Below, piece by piece: positions 54,584-61,896 of a stretch of 64,000 nt of DNA. The stretch spans positions 4,949 to 68,948 of the forward strand of contig JAERTI010000035.1 in NCBI GenBank assembly GCA_016844925.1. Reading direction: 5' to 3'. Positions within the stretch are counted from its first letter, which is position 1, and every line of letters begins with the position of its first letter. The position numbers were made by a program, and so were the translations under genes. The notes under the pieces are model-generated. The model was given only the letters and a program-made list of their open reading frames with translations, searched no databases and was not told the origin of the DNA. Origin of the DNA: Candidatus Uhrbacteria bacterium (GTDB lineage: Bacteria; Patescibacteriota; Patescibacteriia; UBA9934; GWF2-40-263).

Positions 54584-55741
54584 ATGAAAATTGCAATGAT
54601 TGGGCAAAAAGGAATTCCCGCCCGGTCTGGGGGCATTGAACGACATGTGGAGGAGCTCTCAGCCGAGTTGGCTGCACGCGGACATGAAGTCCTCGTGTTT
54701 TGCCGTTCCTGGTATGTCTGGCCTGTACGTGATCACCGCGGCGTTCGCTGCATAAAGTCACGTTCAATCCCAACAAAACACCTAGACGCCATTACAGCTA
54801 CCTTTACATCCGTTTTGGCTGCTGTACGTGAAAAGGTAGATATCTTCCATTTTCATGGAGTAGGACCTGCTCTCTTGAGTTGGCTACCAAAGCTCCTGCG
54901 TCCAAATGCAAAGGTTGTCGTAACATTCCATTGCATCGACCGTCACCACAAAAAGTGGAACTGGATCGCTCGTACCATGCTCTATATTGGAGAGCGATTC
55001 GCTGTTACCACGCCTGATGCAACCATCGCTGTATCCAAAACACTTGAAACCTACATCCGTCTCTCCTACGGAGCAGACGCCAAGTACATCCCAAACGGTA
55101 CCCAGGTACCAATGACGGATTCAGAACCATCACTCCTCAAGCCATTTGATCTTGAGCCAGGTAAGTACCTCATGATGTGTGCGCGTCTCGTGCGCCATAA
55201 GGGTGCTCACGTACTGATCAAGGCGTTTCAGCAGCTCAAGCAAAAGAATCCAACGCTTGCACGTGACATGAAGCTTGCCATCGTTGGTGGCAGTGCGTTT
55301 ACGGACGATTACGTACATGAGCTCAGAGAGCTCGCTAAGGACGATCCGTCCATTGTACTGACAGGTAATCAGACAGGTAAGACACTTCACTCCTTGTTCG
55401 CAAACTCCTATGCAGCTGTGCACCCTTCAGAATCTGAAGGATTGCCAATCGCTGTCCTGGAAGCTATGAGCTACGGAAAGTGTGTGCTCTCCTCGGACAT
55501 TCCTGAAAATATGGAGCTTACCGAAGATTACGGTCTGACGTTTGAAACAAACAACGTCGAGGACCTGGTCAAAAAGCTTACGCATCTCCTTGAGGAACCG
55601 GATCATGTTGAGAAGATTGGAAAGGAAGCACGTGTCCACATTGCTAAGAACTACGACTGGAAGGACATTGCCGAGACCACGGAATACTTGTACGAGCTCG
55701 TACAGCTCGAACCCGTACTCATGAGTCATCAAGTGAATTAA
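54584..55741 (+). CDS. Glycosyltransferase family 4 (GT4)
   Basis: The start is MKIAMIGQKGIPARSGGIERHVEEL (ALG2/mannosyltransferase-like). The C-terminal block is HPSESEGLPIAVLEAMSYGKCVLSSDIPENMEL. Confidence 0.8.
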   Translation: MKIAMIGQKGIPARSGGIERHVEELSAELAARGHEVLVFCRSWYVWPVRDHRGVRCIKSRSIPTKHLDAITATFTSVLAAVREKVDIFHFHGVGPALLSWLPKLLRPNAKVVVTFHCIDRHHKKWNWIARTMLYIGERFAVTTPDATIAVSKTLETYIRLSYGADAKYIPNGTQVPMTDSEPSLLKPFDLEPGKYLMMCARLVRHKGAHVLIKAFQQLKQKNPTLARDMKLAIVGGSAFTDDYVHELRELAKDDPSIVLTGNQTGKTLHSLFANSYAAVHPSESEGLPIAVLEAMSYGKCVLSSDIPENMELTEDYGLTFETNNVEDLVKKLTHLLEEPDHVEKIGKEARVHIAKNYDWKDIAETTEYLYELVQLEPVLMSHQVN

Positions 55742-55745
55742 ACAA

Positions 55746-55776
55746 ACACCCCGCCAACGCGGGGTGTTTTGTTTTT
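55746..55776. terminator. Bidirectional rho-independent terminator between convergent GT4 (+) and 55798-56055 (-)
   Basis: acaccccgc-caac-gcggggtgt plus ttttgttttt forms a 9-bp perfect stem. Confidence 0.7.
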
Positions 55777-55797
55777 GATAACTGCCAAATCTTTAAT

Positions 55798-56055
55798 CTA
55801 TCTTTTCTCGTCACGCTCGAAGATATTCTTAGGTTCGAAATACTCAAGCGTCCCACTCTTTTCCTTAAAATCGACTTTTGTATATCCAGGAGTTCCGTAA
55901 CCAGGCACCACACCGAACGAGGGTTTAAAAACAACTCCCGCAGCGTTTCCGGCAAGAATGTAAGCAAGCAAACCAGAAGCGGCCACGATACCTACAAACA
56001 ACATGATGTCGACAGCTGTTTCCGTTGAAACAGCTGTTTGAATTGAAGTCTTCAT
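55798..56055 (-). CDS. Small membrane-anchored protein, hypothetical
   Basis: It is an 85-aa protein with one TM (IMLFVGIVAASGLLAYILAG). A 3-nt gap separates it from the upstream gene stop. Confidence 0.4.
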   Translation of the reverse strand: MKTSIQTAVSTETAVDIMLFVGIVAASGLLAYILAGNAAGVVFKPSFGVVPGYGTPGYTKVDFKEKSGTLEYFEPKNIFERDEKR

Positions 56056-56058
56056 AAG

Positions 56059-58125
56059 CTATTGATATTCATAGATTACCACCCTGGTTCCTTGAACGCC
56101 ATAGGAAGCTTGCGCAAAACTTGCGGCCTGTGCACGTATCCTCCCCGCCTCTGGCCAATTATCATAGGTAAAGAAATACAACGTCTCAACCTGCGTTACG
56201 CGCAACACCTCGTCAACTAATTCTTGGTCTGGCCCGCTCGTCGACATATATTGAAACTGTTCATAGAGCCACCCTCCGGTGGGCAGTGGGTACCAGAGCA
56301 TTTCTCCCTGATCCCCTGATACCGTTCGCAAGAATCCAAATTCTTGAAGCGCTGCAGCACTCGTCATTTGATGTGCCAAAGCCACATAGGAGACATCCTC
56401 ACTCTTCCCCTCAATGAACCGCACTGCCTCCACGTCCACCTCACCTACACTTGCCCCCACACCAGTCGTTTTCTCATTTACCTGAGGATAGGACATGTAA
56501 AAGCTCATCGTAATTATCATCAACAAAGGGATAGCAAGATACTGTGCCCACCGAAGAGACAAGGTCTTGTTAAAGCGCTTTAACACAAGGACCAAAAACG
56601 CCAGTAGGAACACAAAGAAAAATAACTGCCTCAACCGAATGGCGTATTCAAGTTGTTCATACGCAATAACTCCGTCGAACCGAAAAAACTGCGCAAGGAG
56701 CAACATGGAACAACCAAGACCGACACCGACACACAGCAGCAATCGCTCTGACGCCTGCTTGACTCCCCCCTTATAAAACGAAAGGGTCAGCAAGACCACC
56801 ATGATCGGCATCCAACGAATCCATGCATACGCATACTCAAGCACCTGAGGTGCTGTGCCTCGTGTCTGAGCGTATGGATCACCAAACAGCTCCAAAAGCG
56901 TGACCCAGAATGACTGACCAAGAACAAGTTTCGTTCCACCTCCTAGTAGCCCATGCAGAAAAAACATGGAGGGTATCAGCAGAGTGACAACACTTACCGC
57001 CATGAATGTAGATACTAGAGATGAGTCTCGTCGCCCTTGCAGAAAAAACTTTGCTGTAAGTAGGGCCACGGCCGCAGCGCCACCAATGGGATGAAAAAGG
57101 AATGCTGTGAGAGAGAGAAGCCAAAGAAAGAGATTATGACTTTTTCCACCCCTCACACCAACTAACAATGTCACAACAATAAATAAAAGCGTCGAAACAT
57201 TAAACGGAACGGTAAAAATAAAGACACTAAATGGAATCCCCAGCAGGGCAAATAAGGCCAACACAGCTGAACGGTGGTTCAATGCGAATCCATGTCGCAA
57301 ACCAAGATACCCCACAGAAGGGATGGCGAACGTTGCCACAAAAGGAACAAACCATCGATCAATAAATAAAACAGGAATGCCCGTTAGCAAATTTAACCCA
57401 GCGATAAGAGCATACTGCCCTAGGTACAAAATTTGTCGTGGCTCAATGAATCCATTGTGAACCAGGGCTGTTTCAGCTGCACGATGGATAAAGGGGTCAA
57501 AGCCAAATCCGAACCCATAGACGATGGCAGCTACAGAAAACGATACGCCGAAAAATGCAAAAACACTCAACCAAGACCAGAAGGAAGACTCCTTTAATAC
57601 AAACCAAAGGCTCACCAAACCCGCCAATCCGTAAACAGCAAAAAATGACGCTGGTAGCATCTGCCAAGGGCTCGACAATGCCTCAAAGGTCTGAGCATGT
57701 CGTAGCGTCGTAAACATCCATGTAAAACAAAACGTTAGGAACGCTATAGACGCGTAGCTCGTCGGCAGTACCACTGAGACTCTGGAAAACGACCATTGAA
57801 ATTGCTTTCTCTCTCCATGCAACTCTATCGCCAGCACTAGCAACAATACTGGCAGCAAACTTGTCCACTGTGTCAAAAAATAAAACCGTGCGAGTAGCAC
57901 CCATGAGATGATGAGGGCGCTACTAACCCCAAACACACCGTAAAGCCATCTAAACGGACGATCCTTCTGAAACCAAAAGCCCACTTCCCAGCCCACAAGT
58001 GAGATCCATCCTAAAAACATCAATGGTCTTATGGATCCAGTAGGATCAAGGAAACTAAAAACAACAAACAACGCTGTTAGCAATAAAACAAGAGCCGTCC
58101 TATTCCCCCTTCGCAACATCTCCAT
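56059..58125 (-). CDS. Large polytopic membrane protein (~688 aa), paralog of 27345-29477 in inverted orientation
   Basis: See the shared blocks listed for 27345-29477. Confidence 0.55.
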   Translation of the reverse strand: MEMLRRGNRTALVLLLTALFVVFSFLDPTGSIRPLMFLGWISLVGWEVGFWFQKDRPFRWLYGVFGVSSALIISWVLLARFYFLTQWTSLLPVLLLVLAIELHGERKQFQWSFSRVSVVLPTSYASIAFLTFCFTWMFTTLRHAQTFEALSSPWQMLPASFFAVYGLAGLVSLWFVLKESSFWSWLSVFAFFGVSFSVAAIVYGFGFGFDPFIHRAAETALVHNGFIEPRQILYLGQYALIAGLNLLTGIPVLFIDRWFVPFVATFAIPSVGYLGLRHGFALNHRSAVLALFALLGIPFSVFIFTVPFNVSTLLFIVVTLLVGVRGGKSHNLFLWLLSLTAFLFHPIGGAAAVALLTAKFFLQGRRDSSLVSTFMAVSVVTLLIPSMFFLHGLLGGGTKLVLGQSFWVTLLELFGDPYAQTRGTAPQVLEYAYAWIRWMPIMVVLLTLSFYKGGVKQASERLLLCVGVGLGCSMLLLAQFFRFDGVIAYEQLEYAIRLRQLFFFVFLLAFLVLVLKRFNKTLSLRWAQYLAIPLLMIITMSFYMSYPQVNEKTTGVGASVGEVDVEAVRFIEGKSEDVSYVALAHQMTSAAALQEFGFLRTVSGDQGEMLWYPLPTGGWLYEQFQYMSTSGPDQELVDEVLRVTQVETLYFFTYDNWPEAGRIRAQAASFAQASYGVQGTRVVIYEYQ

Positions 58126-59038
58126 AGCTCACCCACTGCTCAACAACCTCTTTGACATCCTTTGCACGAACTTGTTTTTTCTTATGAGCTGACACCATGG
58201 CGCAAGTCTCATCAAGTAAATCAATCGCGCTATCTGGCAACTTCCTCTCTTTAAGATGCTTCTTTGAAAGACTTACCATGGACTTCAACGCCTCCTCTTT
58301 AACAGTGACACCATGAAATGATTCATACACCGACTTAAGTCTATGCAAGATGTCCATCGTCTCAGCCTTATCCGCTTCAGATATCACAACTGGCTGTAAT
58401 CTGCGACTAAAGGCAGCATCTTGATGAAGAACGTGTGTGAAATCGTCGTACGTTGTAGCACCTATGACTTGAATGTGACCACGAGCAAGTGTTGGCTTTA
58501 ATACGTCAGCAATATTCAATGACCCTTGTGCAGCCCCGATTTGAGACACCAAATGAATCTCATCAATAAATAAGATGATGTGATCTTTTTGGTCCATCAG
58601 CTCCTTAATCATCCGCTTCAGCCGTTGCTCCAACTCCCCACGAAACTTCGTCTCTGCCACCAAAGCATTTACGTCCAAAGACAAAATCTCTTTCTCTTGC
58701 AACATGTCTGGCACAGAACCATCAACAATCTTCTGCGCAAGGCCTTCAACGATAGCCGTCTTCCCTACCCCCGATTCTCCAATCAAGAGCGGATTGTTTT
58801 TCGTACGTCTCAACAAGATATGCATCATGCGCTCGAGTTCCTCTGCTCTCCCCACAAGAGGATCTAGCTCATTTTGCCGTGCTAATTCGGTTAAATTTAT
58901 TGTCACTTCATCGAGGTGCCCTGTATAGAGACCTCGTTTTGAGCGCTGATACCTTCTGGCAATCAGTAAGTAACTTAAGAGTGCAATGATACCTATCAGG
59001 TACATCACAAGCGGATCCGAAGTAATCGTTGAAAACAT
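58100..59038 (-). CDS. Membrane-anchored AAA+ ATPase consisting only of a ClpA/ClpB-type D1 module
   Basis: An N-terminal TM (LVMYLIGIIALLSYLLIA) replaces the Clp N-domain. ELDPLVGRAEELERMMHILLRRTKNNPLLIGESGVGKTAIVEGLAQKIV is the Clp D1 Walker A region. ILFIDEIH is the Walker B region. A sensor/arginine region GATTYDDF..RRLQPV follows. No middle domain or D2 is present. Confidence 0.7.
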   Translation of the reverse strand: MFSTITSDPLVMYLIGIIALLSYLLIARRYQRSKRGLYTGHLDEVTINLTELARQNELDPLVGRAEELERMMHILLRRTKNNPLLIGESGVGKTAIVEGLAQKIVDGSVPDMLQEKEILSLDVNALVAETKFRGELEQRLKRMIKELMDQKDHIILFIDEIHLVSQIGAAQGSLNIADVLKPTLARGHIQVIGATTYDDFTHVLHQDAAFSRRLQPVVISEADKAETMDILHRLKSVYESFHGVTVKEEALKSMVSLSKKHLKERKLPDSAIDLLDETCAMVSAHKKKQVRAKDVKEVVEQWVSYGDVAKGE

Positions 59039-59054
59039 AGGATTACGTTTCTAG

Positions 59055-60257
59055 CTACGTAAGATTTGAATAAAGAGCCATGATTTGTTGAATATGTCGC
59101 TCGTAGGGGTAAGTATCCTCAATGCGTTTCCGTGCCTGTTCTCCGAACTTTCTTGCTTCACCATGGAAGACACGCAAAATAGACTCCACCCAGCCATCGA
59201 GATTAACCGGGTCCACCAAAAAACCTGTCTGACGATCTTGCACAATTTCTCCAACTCCACCCACATCCGATGCTATGACCGGCTTGCCGTAGCTCATCGC
59301 CTCAAGAGCAGCCAGGGGGAAGTTCTCGTGAACGCGTGACGGGAGCAGTACAGCAACCGCTCCTCGATACAATTCTTCTAATTCTTTCCCGGACTTAAAT
59401 CCTAAAAATTCAATATTCGCATGCCCATGGGCCAACTTGTGTAACCAGGCACTTTGCGGGCCGCGGCCAACGATCTTAAACGGAATATCCTCTAACAGCT
59501 TTGCGGCACGGATAATCGTCTCCACTCCCTTCTCTTCGCTGAGCCTGCCAACAAAAAGCACATATCCATCATGGTCATAGCGCGGCTCAATATGTCGCAC
59601 ATTCATTCCATAAGGAATGACTTCAATCTTTTGCTCTGGGAACCCCCCTATGACCAGCTGACGCTTCATGTAGCGCGACGGGCAAATAAACACGTCGACC
59701 GACTTTTTATAAAGTCCGAGAAGTTTGTGTAACTTAAACGCTGCGGTCTGCACCGTACTGGCAAGCCGAGAATCTTTGTGAAACTTGGTGACACACGCTT
59801 TTACCACTCCCACGTTCCGATAATCTTCACCGCAGCCGGTTGCCCAAATATTGTACTGCGGTGAAATAAGGTGATGGTCATGAACGGTCATCACAATGGG
59901 TACCCCCTGCGACTTCAAGACAGGTAAAAAAGAAGGTGAAAGCTGTGTGTAAATATTGTGCAGATGACAGAGGTCCGGTTTCCTCTGACGGATCAATTGC
60001 TTCATCTTTCTTCTTGATTCAAACGAGTACATCATTCGCCCTACGGTTCGAACCCCCTGCCAACCCATGTGTGCTTCACCGGTATGAACTTGTGAAGGAA
60101 AAAATCTGCGATCGGGAGTTTCAAGATTATCTGGATGGTCCATGGCAAAGGGAATGACCTCATGACCCCGTTCTTTCAATCGAGCAGAAAGGTCGAGCAT
60201 GTAACGCTCTGCTCCACCCTTGAGATAAAAATATTTGTTTGCCTGAATCACCTTCAT
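59055..60257 (-). CDS. Glycosyltransferase family 4 (GT4)
   Basis: The start is MKVIQANKYFYLKGGAERY. The C-terminal block is LPSRVHENFPLAALEAMSYGKPVIASDVGGVGEIV. Confidence 0.8.
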   Translation of the reverse strand: MKVIQANKYFYLKGGAERYMLDLSARLKERGHEVIPFAMDHPDNLETPDRRFFPSQVHTGEAHMGWQGVRTVGRMMYSFESRRKMKQLIRQRKPDLCHLHNIYTQLSPSFLPVLKSQGVPIVMTVHDHHLISPQYNIWATGCGEDYRNVGVVKACVTKFHKDSRLASTVQTAAFKLHKLLGLYKKSVDVFICPSRYMKRQLVIGGFPEQKIEVIPYGMNVRHIEPRYDHDGYVLFVGRLSEEKGVETIIRAAKLLEDIPFKIVGRGPQSAWLHKLAHGHANIEFLGFKSGKELEELYRGAVAVLLPSRVHENFPLAALEAMSYGKPVIASDVGGVGEIVQDRQTGFLVDPVNLDGWVESILRVFHGEARKFGEQARKRIEDTYPYERHIQQIMALYSNLT

Positions 60258-61786
60258 ACAATGGCTCTTTTCCCTCTACTTGCAAGAACGTAAAGCAACC
60301 CCGCATAGAGCCAGAGATAGTAGGCCGAGGTTCGAATCTCAAAAACGGTCGAAGTAAATGCGTTAAATGCCACGCCGAGCATCATGGCGCAAACACCAAG
60401 AGCAAAGGCCTGAGTCATTGGATCTTTATGCTCTCTCGCCACGCGTAGTGCGTACAAAAATATCCCTCCATAGAGCCAGATAAACAATCCAAGGCCTAAC
60501 GTGCCAGCCTCCCCCCAAAGAGAAAACCAATTGTTATCAATAAACCCTTCTGTTCCAAACACACCGTACGGCAACCCAAGATCCTCGTAGACACTTGTGT
60601 TGTGCAAGGCCGCAACAGCCCCTCCGCCAAACTGACCTGGACCAAACCCCAAAATCGGCGAAGCTGTGACAACATCTTTAGGGGTGTGGACATACCAAAA
60701 AACACGCCCTAAACCGTAATACTCCCCTCTCCATCGAGCATAGCTAAAACTTTCGTAGAAACGTTCAGAGAGCGACTGACCAGGCGCCTCGGTGATGAGC
60801 GAAACATTAAGCCCGCTCGCCCCAAGCGCCACAACAAGAAAGACGACGAACGCGGAAATACCTGCCAGGACACGTCGATCTTTCTTTACATACAATCCAA
60901 TGAACAAAAAACCAATAAGGAATGCAAACCATGATGAGCGTGAAAACGTCAAAACAAGCGTTGGAAGAGCTGCAACAAACACAAAAATAAGCCACGAGTA
61001 CTTCTTTTGAACACGTTTTGTAAAGAGCATGCCTGCTGTCAGGAGAAGGAACAAATAAAGGAAGTTCCCAAGGCGATCATAGCGCCCAAGGGTGGAAAAT
61101 ACGCGTGATCCTGGGTCCCAAAACTGCTCTACACCGCCAGTGAGTGTTATCGCTCCTAATGTTTTTGATTCAGATGGCAAGAGAAGGTTATCTAGCGGCT
61201 CACCGATAATAGACTGAGCAATTCCCAGCGTGGCCTGAAAAACAACAACGGCCAGCATGATCCAAGTAAGTTGCAAGATGAACTTCTTTGACGGCGCTAG
61301 CTGTACAACGAGAAAGAAGACGAGAACAAAACGAAGGATCTGACGTAGTCCAAGTATGGCCACCGTAGGCTCAACTAAATTCACGAGTGCACTAGCGAGC
61401 AGCGAAAGAACAAACAATGCTGCGGGAAGATCAAAACGCGTTGATCGCCACGGACGCTTACCCGAGAGCACCCCCCAGAGAACAACAGCAGCCACAAGGT
61501 AAATCAATGTCTCAGGAAAATAGCGCGCAAAAACGTAGACTTCATCTGGGGTGAATTTTAAAATGATTGATTCAAATGGTAGATAGACTGCCAAAACCCC
61601 AAGGGTCCACTCTGGATGCACAATCGTTAGAGCAAGAATCACTAACACAATGACTCCAGCAATCACAAGAGCTGGAGAAAAAATCGACTGCAAAACAATT
61701 AATAACGTCAGCAATCCAAAAAGCGCCACCGCCACGGCTGCCGTGTGCTCCTCAGCGCGCCTATACACCCTCCGTAAGTTGATCAT
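60254..61786 (-). CDS. Wzy_C-domain protein (O-antigen ligase / O-oligosaccharyltransferase family)
   Basis: It has 10-12 TM segments. The large loop carries the conserved arginine context (FSRSSWFAFLIGFLF). The periplasmic-loop architecture is typical of WaaL/PglL. Confidence 0.6.
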   Translation of the reverse strand: MINLRRVYRRAEEHTAAVAVALFGLLTLLIVLQSIFSPALVIAGVIVLVILALTIVHPEWTLGVLAVYLPFESIILKFTPDEVYVFARYFPETLIYLVAAVVLWGVLSGKRPWRSTRFDLPAALFVLSLLASALVNLVEPTVAILGLRQILRFVLVFFLVVQLAPSKKFILQLTWIMLAVVVFQATLGIAQSIIGEPLDNLLLPSESKTLGAITLTGGVEQFWDPGSRVFSTLGRYDRLGNFLYLFLLLTAGMLFTKRVQKKYSWLIFVFVAALPTLVLTFSRSSWFAFLIGFLFIGLYVKKDRRVLAGISAFVVFLVVALGASGLNVSLITEAPGQSLSERFYESFSYARWRGEYYGLGRVFWYVHTPKDVVTASPILGFGPGQFGGGAVAALHNTSVYEDLGLPYGVFGTEGFIDNNWFSLWGEAGTLGLGLFIWLYGGIFLYALRVAREHKDPMTQAFALGVCAMMLGVAFNAFTSTVFEIRTSAYYLWLYAGLLYVLASRGKRAIV

Positions 61787-61831
61787 ACGTACAGTTTATC
61801 ACGGTGAAGCAGCAAGCTCGAACAAAAATGT

Positions 61832-61860
61832 GGGCAAAATAAAAAGCGACTACCACAGGG
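61832..61860 (-). terminator. Rho-independent terminator downstream of the MopE-type repeat gene
   Basis: On the minus strand, gcgactacc-ccctgt-ggtagtcgc plus tttttatttt is found. Confidence 0.6.
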
Positions 61861-61896
61861 GGTAGTCGCATCCAGCGTCATGCTGGATCGTTGCCG

